DNA from: an uncultured Nitrososphaeraceae archaeon
GTDB lineage: Archaea; Thermoproteota; Nitrososphaeria; Nitrososphaerales; Nitrososphaeraceae
Direction of reading: 5' to 3'
DNA length: 64,000 nt
NCBI GenBank assembly: GCA_963729045.1
Contig: CAVSMN010000012.1
Location: 256,001 to 320,000 of the forward strand
The translations under genes were made by a program, and so were the position numbers. Below the pieces are notes generated by a model that ran no database searches, was not told the origin of the DNA, and was given only the letters and a program-made list of their open reading frames with translations. Of this stretch, positions 30,127 through 39,945 are shown in pieces. The stretch's first letter is position 1, and the number at the start of each line of letters is the position of its first letter.

Positions 30127-31635
30127 ATGGGAAATGATAAACAATTTTCTAGTAAAATTATTGGAGCAAATCAGAAAAATATTAACAGAAAGTTTGATAC
30201 ACTTACAATAGACAAGGAGTTTCTTCCAATTAGGATCAACAATCTTAATTTAGAATCGATTTTTTCGAAGGATAATGATTTTAATAAAGCTTTGGCTATT
30301 GTAATAGGCACTAAACCAGATTTCTATAAGCAAGCTCCTCTCTTGATAGAGTCAATTAAAGAGGGTTTACCTTCATTTATTATTTCTACAGGACAGCATT
30401 ACGATGAATTGCTAGGCTATGGGATAAAGGAATTTGACCTTGAAAATTCAATAGTTTGCGATTTGCAGATACGTGGGGATTTGATGGAAAAATCTAGCGA
30501 TTTAATCATGAAATTTGGGTATTTTGGTAGATATTTGAAAAAAAGATACTCAAGCAACCGAATTCTACCGATTGTTCATGGTGACACGTTAGTGGCAGGA
30601 ATTGCAACTTTGTCTTGGGTTTTTGGACTAGGACAAAAAGTCGGACAAAATGAGGCTGGACTTAGATCAATGAGTCCAACTATTATAAAAGATATAAAGA
30701 TGAATGTAAATCCTAGCCATTCTGATGTAGAAAAATTTATTACGAATCAATTGTCCTCATCATGGTTCCTAACTAGGGAGGAACCGTTTCCCGAACAAAT
30801 TGATACTTGGGTATGTTCTTCAGGAACAAAGTTTTTTTTTGTTCCCACTAAACTAAACAAAGAGCATTTACTTAGGGAAGGATATCCAGACGAAGATATC
30901 CATATAGTTGGGAATTCGGTTGTAGATGCTATTGGCATCAAAAGAATGAAGAAACCTGAGAATAGCATTTTTGAAATATATCCTAAATTAGAATCCGGAA
31001 ACTGGATCAGAATGGATATTCATCGCAGGGAAAATTTAACGAACCATAGATTTAATGCTATAATAGGGGGGTTGACTGATTTGATAAAGGATTCGGAATT
31101 TAAAGTAGTTTTAGTCTTGTTGAATGCTACCATATCTGCATTAAACAGGTTTGATCTTTATGATAAACTTAAATATCTGGAAAATACTTATCCTGAAAAG
31201 TTTATGATTACTGAATTATGGAAGGAATATGGCCACGTCGTAGAGTTTCTGGACAGTGGAAAATGTTGGGCAGAGATTACTGACTCGGGATCATTGCAAG
31301 AAGAGTTATTATACTTCCCAAAAGTTAGCTCCTTTACCGTAAGATTCAATACCGATCGGCCAGAAACGGTCTTTGACGCTAGAGGGAATCTTTTAGTTCC
31401 TCCGATAAACCGAATGTGGTTACCGAGAATGATAACTACAATATATGAAAAAGGAGTGGATTATGGATTTAATTTTAAAAAGAAAAAACAAATTTATGGA
31501 AAACCTGGAGAAGTATCCAAAAAAATAGTTAGAATAATGAAGAAGGAATTTGAGAATAGAGAAAGTAACTTTTTTCCTTGGTTACATCAAAGGTTTAACT
31601 ATTGGCACGAGAAGGATGATTTTGACTATCTTTAA
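30127..31635 (+). CDS. wecB: UDP-N-acetylglucosamine 2-epimerase family protein
   Basis: GTKPD..K.AP, TGQHY, VHGDT, EAGLRS, PFPEQ, GNSVVDA, HRREN, TDSG.LQEE and R..TDRPE. Confidence 0.92.
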   Translation: MGNDKQFSSKIIGANQKNINRKFDTLTIDKEFLPIRINNLNLESIFSKDNDFNKALAIVIGTKPDFYKQAPLLIESIKEGLPSFIISTGQHYDELLGYGIKEFDLENSIVCDLQIRGDLMEKSSDLIMKFGYFGRYLKKRYSSNRILPIVHGDTLVAGIATLSWVFGLGQKVGQNEAGLRSMSPTIIKDIKMNVNPSHSDVEKFITNQLSSSWFLTREEPFPEQIDTWVCSSGTKFFFVPTKLNKEHLLREGYPDEDIHIVGNSVVDAIGIKRMKKPENSIFEIYPKLESGNWIRMDIHRRENLTNHRFNAIIGGLTDLIKDSEFKVVLVLLNATISALNRFDLYDKLKYLENTYPEKFMITELWKEYGHVVEFLDSGKCWAEITDSGSLQEELLYFPKVSSFTVRFNTDRPETVFDARGNLLVPPINRMWLPRMITTIYEKGVDYGFNFKKKKQIYGKPGEVSKKIVRIMKKEFENRESNFFPWLHQRFNYWHEKDDFDYL

Positions 31636-31683
31636 TTTGGTCAAAAGCAAATAGTTATATAATTATGAATTAGAAAATTTTTA

Positions 31684-32361
31684 TTGGCCTCCGATACGAA
31701 GTTCAGGATTAACCTAAAAGAAGGTGTTTTTGAACTTGAAGGAAATGAATCATTCGTAGATAAACATTTAGAAAAGTTTGAAGAAATTTTCAAGGTTGCT
31801 ATTAAGGAGGTCATCATTAATAACAAGGATAATATGCTTAATTACACAACTACGCCATCTAACGCAACTGTAGACAATGTTCCAATCCCACTGGAGAATT
31901 TTTCTTCTCAAGAATCTAGAACTCATTCATCGAAGCCTAAGGACTTTCAAAATTCAGAGATTGATGATATTCAAAGAGAACTACCCCTCTCAGGCAAGAC
32001 TACAAAGCATTCTATACCAAAGATCTCTATTAATATACCTCCCCTTCCTGTAGATTTGAAACAAAATCATGAAAAAATTGGCCTCCGAGATTTTTATGCA
32101 GAGAAAAAACCTACGAATCACTACGAAAAAACTACTTTGTTCGTCTTTTATTTAACCAAATATAATAAACAACAGGAGATTAAATACGGAGAGATACTCT
32201 CATGTTATGAAGAAATCAACGAAAAAAAACCAAGTATCATCGACATTGTGAAAAATTCTATAAGGTACAAAGGATGGCTTGAGCCTGGTATTGATAAATT
32301 GTCAACTCGATTAACAATTTCTGGTGAGAACTTTATAAAATTTGATTTACCAAAAACATGA
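31684..32361 (+). CDS. Hypothetical protein: small N-terminal domain, low-complexity linker, C-terminal wHTH-like domain
   Basis: 225-aa ORF with FELEGNESFV at the N-terminus and F..EKKP.NHYEK...F.FYL...KGWL......LT..GENFI at the C-terminus. Confidence 0.65.
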   Translation: MASDTKFRINLKEGVFELEGNESFVDKHLEKFEEIFKVAIKEVIINNKDNMLNYTTTPSNATVDNVPIPLENFSSQESRTHSSKPKDFQNSEIDDIQRELPLSGKTTKHSIPKISINIPPLPVDLKQNHEKIGLRDFYAEKKPTNHYEKTTLFVFYLTKYNKQQEIKYGEILSCYEEINEKKPSIIDIVKNSIRYKGWLEPGIDKLSTRLTISGENFIKFDLPKT

Positions 32362-32409
32362 TAAGATTCTGAATTAATATCCGTATGACCATACTTTAAT
32401 CGAAATATA

Positions 32410-32966
32410 TTAAGCTCTCCACCAGTCAAAGCCTATGAATTTGATGGAATCGTCCGATAGATCAACAATTGCTAAAATGAATTGCTTTTTAACAGTGGTT
32501 GCGAGCCTTCCTGCAAGTACTATATCTATGCTTGTAATATTGTCATTTTGTTTCAATACCTTTACGAGAAATGGTGCATGATCGATGCCAGGTCCATGAA
32601 TATAAACAGCAAAGTCGCAACCAAATTTTATACCTGGGCTTACAATATAGCCTTTATCTCTCAAATTTTCAAATACCACATACTTGACCTCAAAGTTTAC
32701 ATATTGTTTCTTACAAATTTTTAGGATTTCTTTTGGTTCAACATTTGTGGCCGAATCTTTGAAAATTTTGAGCCGATTTTTATTACAAAGATAGTATCCC
32801 TCAATTGAGATCGAGTACTATCGGTGCATCAAATTCCGAATTTTTAGGTTTAGATATTCCCAATGGCTTACCAAAATATCCATCACCAAACAATGCTCGT
32901 GATTCCAAAATATCATGAATGAATATTCTGTTTTCGACTAGTTGACCAGTAAAAGGTAGTTATCAA
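32410..32966 (-). CDS. endA: tRNA-intron endonuclease (two apparent +1 indels)
   Basis: The C-terminus has LRDKGY.V.PG.KFG.DF.VY..GPG.DHAP.LV...GRLA..VKK. The N-terminal G.FGKP.G..KP...L.LDL(I)EG.YL was recovered upstream. The probable TTG start overlaps the DUF47 stop. Confidence 0.9.
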
Positions 32967-33613
32967 ATGCTTAAAGCTAGTATTGTAAAAGAGTTAGAAG
33001 CCTGTTGAGATTTGTCGACCATCCCTTCGATACCCTCTATAATATCCTTGAACAGAATTAAATCTTTTTGAGAAGTTATTTTATCTAGCGCTTTAATTGT
33101 CAATTCTCTGTACTTCTTATCTACATCCATCTCTATCCTTTGGACCTCGCTTGCCAATTCTATTGTATTTTCGGGTTTAATTGTAAGAGTTCTTGACATC
33201 TCATTAATTTTGAACAGAACGTCTATCATCATGTCGACCATCCCTTTCAACCCCAGTTCAAAATTTAGTTTAATGATTTTTGGCTCTATATTTGACAATC
33301 TAAAGGAGATCCCACTGATATAACCAGAAATTTCATCAATAAAATAAGCAGTTCTTAAAAGGTCTTCTCTATAGGTCATTAAACTGCCAATGGCTATTAC
33401 TTCTCTAATGATTTGTTTTCTCAGCACCATTATCTCGTTTTCAATGATAATCATCTTATTAGATGATTCTCTAATTCCATCCTCGTTATCTTGGATAATA
33501 GCATCAGTCATGATTGCTAATTCTCGAGAAAAATTCAGAATCTTATTTGTCTCTTCTTGTAGTATTGCAATTGTTTTCCTCTTTGCTTGGACCTCTAGCT
33601 CACCGCTATACAT
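32963..33613 (-). CDS. DUF47 / PhoU-like phosphate transport regulator family protein
   Basis: Two helical repeats with IE.E....R, REDLL..A..IDEI and E.DVDK.YR...IE..VD. Confidence 0.8.
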   Translation of the reverse strand: MYSGELEVQAKRKTIAILQEETNKILNFSRELAIMTDAIIQDNEDGIRESSNKMIIIENEIMVLRKQIIREVIAIGSLMTYREDLLRTAYFIDEISGYISGISFRLSNIEPKIIKLNFELGLKGMVDMMIDVLFKINEMSRTLTIKPENTIELASEVQRIEMDVDKKYRELTIKALDKITSQKDLILFKDIIEGIEGMVDKSQQASNSFTILALSI

Positions 33614-33691
33614 TTATTAGTTACAAAAGCTCGCCTGTTCATATAATTCTTTATTATAAACTATCTGAAAATTGACAGGCAGGTCAAAACT

Positions 33692-34708
33692 TTAATTGAG
33701 CTGATAATTGGTGAAGTTTTCTTTGATTTCTATGAGATCCCTTAAAATAGAACTAGCAGTTTCCATGCCTCCAGCTCCTTTTCCTATTATCGTTTGCGCT
33801 CCAGAATGTTCGGATCTAAAAGTAACAGCGTTCAAAGTCCCGTTAACACATATTGGATCATCTTTTGATATTGGAATGGGTCTAACGAAAAGACTATCCT
33901 TGTCACAATTGGCAATTAATTTTAATGATTTCCTTTCCTTCGCTGCCTTAATTATTTCTTCTTGAGTTACTTTAGTAATCCCTGTTTTGTCCACATCTTT
34001 TAACGTTACTTTGTATCCCATTATCCAGTTAGCCATTATGACTAATTTAGCTGCCGCGTCATCTCCATCAATATCCAAAGAAGGGTTAGCTTCAGCATAT
34101 CCTTTCTCCTTAGCATCTTCTAGTGCTTCACTAAAATGCAATCCATCACCCATTTTAGTTAAGATATAATTTGTTGTCCCATTCAATATTCCTGTAAAGG
34201 ATGTAATTCTATCCCCTTTTAGACAATGTTTTGCAAAATCCAGTACGGGTGTGCCCCCACCTACTGTTCCACTAAATCTTAACATAACGTTATTATATTC
34301 AGATAGTTCAACTAAAGAGGAAAAGGATAAAGCTAATGGTCCCTTATTTACAGTAATAACATTCTTTTTAGTTCTTAATCCTGAGATTACATGAGACAAC
34401 CCTGGTTCGGCTGTGGTTAAGTTGGTAGGGGTAAGTTCTAGCAAGACTTCTGCGTCAATATTTTCAATATAATTATCAGCATTAAATATTGATTCAGAAT
34501 ACTTGCTGACTTCCCCATATTTTTCCTTAACCATTAGAACTCTCTCCAAATCTAAGCCAGTTTGAGAATATGCAACTCCCTTGCTGTCTATGCATGCCAC
34601 AACCCTTGGTTTTATCCCGTAATTCTTATATAATAAGTTCGAACTAGAAATCAGTAATCTTAGAAAACTTTGGCCTACAACCCCCATTCCGCATACTATT
34701 ATTCTCAT
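33692..34708 (-). CDS. hom: Homoserine dehydrogenase
   Basis: G.G.VG, ELTPT, T.NKGPLA, TVGGGTP, GILNGTTNYIL, GYAEANP..DIDG.DAAAK and GKGAGG.ETAS. Confidence 0.96.
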   Translation of the reverse strand: MRIIVCGMGVVGQSFLRLLISSSNLLYKNYGIKPRVVACIDSKGVAYSQTGLDLERVLMVKEKYGEVSKYSESIFNADNYIENIDAEVLLELTPTNLTTAEPGLSHVISGLRTKKNVITVNKGPLALSFSSLVELSEYNNVMLRFSGTVGGGTPVLDFAKHCLKGDRITSFTGILNGTTNYILTKMGDGLHFSEALEDAKEKGYAEANPSLDIDGDDAAAKLVIMANWIMGYKVTLKDVDKTGITKVTQEEIIKAAKERKSLKLIANCDKDSLFVRPIPISKDDPICVNGTLNAVTFRSEHSGAQTIIGKGAGGMETASSILRDLIEIKENFTNYQLN

Positions 34709-34850
34709 TAAAATTATCCTTTTATCATTATAATTGGAGAATATAATAAAATTTGTATTAGAAAATTATCACATTAACTGGGCTAAAATCGGAATGGTAA
34801 TAAAATAAGGTCCTAATACATTAATAAATGAAATTCCAGGTCTATTAATT

Positions 34851-35855
34851 ATGACACTGTCTGTGGACGGATTTGAAAATGAAAAAGATAAAGGTAAAGA
34901 AAATCATACTCCAAGTAACTCCGAAGAGAATCACTTCGATGTTGTTATAATCGGCTCTGGACCAGCCGGATACACGGCATCTATCTATACATCCAGAGCA
35001 AAATTAAGGACCATTGTAATCTCGGGCAGTTTACCTGGTGGGCAATTGATGACCACTACAGAAGTTGAAAATTATCCAGGATTTCCAAATGGGATAAATG
35101 GACCAGATTTGATGACAAATATGCAACAACAATCAGAAAGGTTTGGAACTACTATGCTCATCGACGAAGTCACTGAGAGTGGATTTTAATTCTAGACCAT
35201 TTAAGATTTTTACCGGCTCATCCGCCTACACGTCTGATTCAGTTTTAATTAGTACCTGGTGCCACTCCTAGAAAATTGGGAATTAAAAGCGAACAAGAGT
35301 TTTCTGGAAAAGGCCTATCTTATTGTGCGACTTGTGATGGGCCATTTTTTAAGAATCAAGACATTGTAGTTGTGGGCGGCGGGGATACTGCTCTGGAAGA
35401 AGCAACGTTTTTGACCAAATTTGGTAAAACAGTTAAGAGTTGTTCATAGACGTGACAATTTACGTGCAAGTAAAATTTTGCAAGAACGTGCCTTTGAAAA
35501 CCCAAAAATCGAATTTATTTGGAATTCATCTATTATTGGTATCACAGGAGACAAGAAAGTCTCTTCCGTAGTCGTTAAGAACATGAATACCGCTGAAGAA
35601 AAAAATTTAGAGGCTGGTGGTGTTTTTGTTGCAATAGGTCATGAACCAAATACAGCTATCTTTAAGGGACAAGTGGACCTGGACGAAAAAGGGTATGTAA
35701 TAGTTCAGAATGGTACTAGGACAAACATCGATGGTGTTTTTGCAGCTGGCGATGTTCATGATTTTAAATACAGACAAGCGATAACTGCTGCTGGATTTGG
35801 CTGTATGGCTGCTCTAGACATTGAAAAATGGTTGTCTGAAAAAAATAATAAATAA
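34851..35855 (+). CDS. trxB: Thioredoxin-disulfide reductase (split by three +1 indels)
   Basis: GSGPAGYTA and GGQL.TT.VENYPGF. A middle segment missing from the track reads [11 protein letters not shown]...VVGGGD.A.EEA. The end has HRRD and [16 protein letters not shown]. Confidence 0.94.
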
Positions 35856-35920
35856 AAAATCCTCATATTTCATTTTTATACTATCGTAGCCAATAATTGT
35901 TAGATGTTATCCGATTGTTA

Positions 35921-36937
35921 CTACTGGTATGCTAGTTTTGGCAAAAATCCATTGTTATTCAAGTAATTTTCAAATTCCTCGTCTGTAAATACCGACTGTT
36001 CTTTGTACAAACTTTTGAACTTGCGACCGTCATCGGCGAATATACCCACAAAAACTTGGTCCTTGCCTGTGGTCTCTAGAGCCCGTTCCATCATGCTGGC
36101 TAAAACAGAGCCAGAAGATGGTCCAACTAACATATTTTCATTCAGCGCAATCTGCTTTACCATTCTAAATGATTTTTCGTTTGTTGCTGTATACCAATCA
36201 TCTACCACTTCTTCACGCCTCAAGAAAAGCTCTGGCTTCGCTGATTCTTCAAAGTTTCTTAACCCTTGAAGCAGATGATTTCTCTGTGCTTGAACAGCAA
36301 CTACTTGGATTTGATTGTTCTTTTCTTTTAAGAATTTTCCAGTTCCAGTAATTGTACCTCCTGTTCCAGCGCCGGTGAAAAAATGAGTTATTTTTCCATT
36401 GGTTTGTTCCCATATTTCGGGTCCGGTACTTTGAAAATGGGAAAGATAATTAGAATCATTTTCGTACTGATTTGGCATATAGTAAACATCTGGTCTTGGT
36501 TTGGAAATAGCGTATGCAAGGGCGATGCTCTGATCCGTACCAGCACCTACTCGGGGGCACAAATCATCTGAGGTCTCATGTAAAATAGCTCCTAATTTTC
36601 TAAGAATATCCTTAGTTTCTTTACTTACTTTTTCAGGAATTACAATCTCGACCTTATAACCCAAATAAGATGCGATTCCTGCTAAAGCAATGCCGGTGTT
36701 TCCTGATGTAGGTTCAATAATTATACTTTTATCTTTTCTAAGAATTTTTTTTTCTTCAGCATTTTTTATCATCCAATAGGCTGCTCTATCTTTTACTGAC
36801 CCAAAGGGATTATACCATTCAAGTTTTGCGTAGATTTTTACATTATCCGTTGAAAAGCTTTTCAATTGTACTAGTGGTGTATTTCCGATTCTATCAGTTA
36901 CATTATTAGATTCTGAATAGGTAGTCGAAGCCGTCAT
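35921..36937 (-). CDS. cysM: PLP-dependent cysteine synthase (CysK/CysM family)
   Basis: IGNTPLV.L, AKLEW.NP.GSVKDR, EPTSGNTGI, NQY.N..N...H..TGPEI and GAGTGGT. Confidence 0.92.
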   Translation of the reverse strand: MTASTTYSESNNVTDRIGNTPLVQLKSFSTDNVKIYAKLEWYNPFGSVKDRAAYWMIKNAEEKKILRKDKSIIIEPTSGNTGIALAGIASYLGYKVEIVIPEKVSKETKDILRKLGAILHETSDDLCPRVGAGTDQSIALAYAISKPRPDVYYMPNQYENDSNYLSHFQSTGPEIWEQTNGKITHFFTGAGTGGTITGTGKFLKEKNNQIQVVAVQAQRNHLLQGLRNFEESAKPELFLRREEVVDDWYTATNEKSFRMVKQIALNENMLVGPSSGSVLASMMERALETTGKDQVFVGIFADDGRKFKSLYKEQSVFTDEEFENYLNNNGFLPKLAYQ

Positions 36938-36938
36938 C

Positions 36939-37196
36939 CTACTTTGCCTTTTTAATTGTAAATTCTAAATCTTTATTTGATTTGTTTAACGATAACAATT
37001 CATGACCGTTCCTGTTAACCCATCTAGAAATGTCATCCTCTGAATCTGGATCGTCAGAAACTACTTTTAATAAATCACCTTTGGTCATACGTTCAATTTC
37101 AATTTTAGTTCTAAAAACTGGTTCAGGGCAATAAAGGCCCCTTACGTCAATAGTTTTCATACTAGACTTTATGTTATCGTCAGGATTAGAAGACAT
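36939..37196 (-). CDS. tusA: Sulfurtransferase TusA/SirA family protein
   Basis: IDVRGL.CP.P...G..L.V..DDP.S..DI..W. Confidence 0.92.
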   Translation of the reverse strand: MSSNPDDNIKSSMKTIDVRGLYCPEPVFRTKIEIERMTKGDLLKVVSDDPDSEDDISRWVNRNGHELLSLNKSNKDLEFTIKKAK

Positions 37197-37478
37197 AGTT
37201 AAATAAAGGCATTTTAACTTAATTAAATGTTTTTGCGAAATATACTAGGGATTATTTATTGATTTCAGTCTCTAATAGACCTAAAAATCTCTTAATTATA
37301 CTAAACGAGAAAGTGAATTTTTGATGACGGTTGTAAGTGAATATTTAATTCCCGTTAATTGACTAACCTCCTAAGTAAAATAGCAAACATAAAGTCATAA
37401 TAACGAAAGATCGAAATAAATAGACTATTCTCTTCAATATCTTAATATTATGTATGGACAAGGAGAATGATTTGTGTT

Positions 37479-38123
37479 ATGCTTGCTATATTTGACGTAG
37501 AGGGCGTATTGTTAAACGCAGAATATCTACCAGTTTTGGCAAATTTAATTGGTCCAGAAAAAGAAAAGGAAATTTGGGATATAACTAACAAAGGTATCCG
37601 CGGGGAAATTAATTGGGAGGAGGGATTAATAGAAAGGGTCCATGCATTAAGAGGCATAGGTTATGATCAAGCATCCAAGATAGCGCAGAATTTGGAGATA
37701 ATGCCAGGAGCAAGAGAATTGTGTTCTTTCTTAAAGGGGCTGGGTTGGAAGTTAGTGGCCGTTTCGGGAGGGTTTAACATCATAACTGATAGACTATACT
37801 CAGAACTAAATATCGATAAAATATTTTCTAACGACCTTATCTTTAAAGACAACAAACTTTTGGACGTTACCATAAGAGTTACCTCAGATAAATCTGCAGC
37901 AGTAAGATCATATGTTGAAGAGAATGGCTTTTCGAGGGACGAGATAGTAGTCGTCGTGGATGGCGCTAATGATTTGAAGTTGTTTGATTTATCTTCTTTT
38001 ACGGTAGGATTTTGTGCAGTGAAAGTAGTTCGTGACAAATCAGATATAGTTATTGACAAAAAGGATTTGTCTCTGTTAATCCCTATAATAAAAGAGAAAT
38101 TCAAAATTAAGATTAATTCATAA
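37479..38123 (+). CDS. serB: Phosphoserine phosphatase (HAD)
   Basis: FDVEGVL, IT...GEI.W...L..RV..L.G, PGA, VSGGF, K and DGANDL. Confidence 0.85.
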   Translation: MLAIFDVEGVLLNAEYLPVLANLIGPEKEKEIWDITNKGIRGEINWEEGLIERVHALRGIGYDQASKIAQNLEIMPGARELCSFLKGLGWKLVAVSGGFNIITDRLYSELNIDKIFSNDLIFKDNKLLDVTIRVTSDKSAAVRSYVEENGFSRDEIVVVVDGANDLKLFDLSSFTVGFCAVKVVRDKSDIVIDKKDLSLLIPIIKEKFKIKINS

Positions 38124-38148
38124 CAGGAAAAGAATATGTGATTCTTTT

Positions 38149-38946
38149 TTGATTTCTATCATTCCAATACGGATTAATAAAAATATTGAACCCCACGATG
38201 ACGTGTCAAAGGTAATTCTTGAATCATTACAATTGGACAATGTGCAGATCTGTGATAATGACATAATCGTGGTGGCTCAAAAAATCGTATCAAAATCAGA
38301 GAATAGATTGCGAGATTTAAGGAACATTATTCCTTCTCCAAAATCAATTCGATTAGCTAATTTTCACTATAAAGATCCACGATTGATTGAATTGATTTTA
38401 AGTGAAACTACTAGGATTATACGCATCACAAAAAAACATTTGATAGTTGAGACCAAGCATGGATTTATTTGCGCTAATGCCGGAATAGATCAAAGTAATG
38501 TTTCTGAAGATTCTCAAAAAGCCCTTTTACTACCCGAGAATCCTGATATTTCTGCAAGAAACTTGAGGAAATCATTTTATAATATTTCTGGAAAAAAAGT
38601 ATCTGTAATTATAGCCGATACTTTTGGTAGACCTTTCAGAACGGGTCAAACCAATGTTGCGATCGGGATTGCTGGCATTATCCCTTTAAAAAGTTACATC
38701 GGAATGAAGGATGAATATGGAAAAAAATTATTGGTAACAGAAATTGCCATAGCGGACGAACTTGCGGCAGCCGCTGAACTTGTAATGGGTAAGACTTTAA
38801 AGATTCCTGTGGCAATTATACGTGGCTATAAATATGAAACACTTTCATTAGAGGAAGACCACGAATTTAGCATAAAGGCACTGTTGCGCAGTGAACATGA
38901 CGATTTATTTAGAAACCCTGATAATATGATACATTATTCTGATTGA
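38149..38946 (+). CDS. cofE: Coenzyme F420-0:L-glutamate ligase
   Basis: QKIVSK.E, ET.HG..CANAGID.SN, LLP.NPD.SA, DTFGRPFR.G and ADELA.AA.LVMG. Confidence 0.95.
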   Translation: MISIIPIRINKNIEPHDDVSKVILESLQLDNVQICDNDIIVVAQKIVSKSENRLRDLRNIIPSPKSIRLANFHYKDPRLIELILSETTRIIRITKKHLIVETKHGFICANAGIDQSNVSEDSQKALLLPENPDISARNLRKSFYNISGKKVSVIIADTFGRPFRTGQTNVAIGIAGIIPLKSYIGMKDEYGKKLLVTEIAIADELAAAAELVMGKTLKIPVAIIRGYKYETLSLEEDHEFSIKALLRSEHDDLFRNPDNMIHYSD

Positions 38947-38998
38947 ATCAATCAAAGATTGCAAAATAATTTATTTCCAATACTTTTATCTCATCCCA

Positions 38999-39939
38999 AT
39001 GGATGATATTGTTGAAGGCATATTAAATAAAAATAAAAGAATTATTGCACAATCCATTTCAAAGATAGATGACGAGGACCCATTATCCCATGAAATATTA
39101 AGAAAAATTTATCCAAATACCGGAAAAGCTGTCACAATCGGATTTACAGGTCCTGCTGGTGCAGGGAAAGAGTACCTCTTATCGGAAAACTGATTTCTTA
39201 TTTCAAGAATTTTGGTTTCAAAATTTCTATATTGGCAGTAGACCCTACAAGTTCTATTTCGGGGGGTGCTATTCTTGGTGATAGAGTCCGAATGCCTACA
39301 ACCATGGACGATGACGATATTTTCATGAGGAGTTTGGGTTCAAGGGGAGCATCTGGTGGCATCTCTAAATCACTGAGAAATATAATCCGAATTTTAGATG
39401 CAGCTGGGTATGACCTAATAATAGTAGAAAGTGTTGGTGCTGGCCAGTTAGAAATCGAAATTTCAAAGGTTGTAAATTTAACGGTTGTAATTTTCAATCC
39501 CAACACCGGCGATAATGTCCAAGCGGTTAAAGCAGGATTAACTGAGATTGGAGACGTATACATCGTGAATAAATCTGATATAGAAGGCTCTAATACTCTG
39601 TATCTAACACTCCTAGATCTCATAGGCGAGTTACCTAGAAAACCATTAATTTTTAAAGTATCGGCTCATTCTGGGGAAGGACTAGATGTATTATCAAAAA
39701 AATTAAGAGATTTAATTATTACTGATGATTGGATTTCAAAAAAGAAGAAGAAGGAAAGAGAAGATTTGAAAACAGAGCTCAAATTGATGGTTTTAGATGA
39801 AGTGAGAGAAAAGTCTTTGCAAGTGTTGAACTCAAAAAACATGGAGATAAACAAGTTAGTCGACTCTATGTTAGACAAATCAAAGGATCCATATACAGCA
39901 GCAGAAGAATTATCTTTATTAGTATTTTCCAGTAAATGA
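38999..39939 (+). CDS. meaB: Methylmalonyl-CoA mutase-associated GTPase MeaB (frameshifted at the P-loop, ~39170)
   Basis: IG.TGP.GAGK(ST), AVDPTS..SGGAILGDR.RM, RS..SRG..GG, E.VG.GQ.E and VNK.D. Confidence 0.93.
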
Positions 39940-39945
39940 TCTGGT

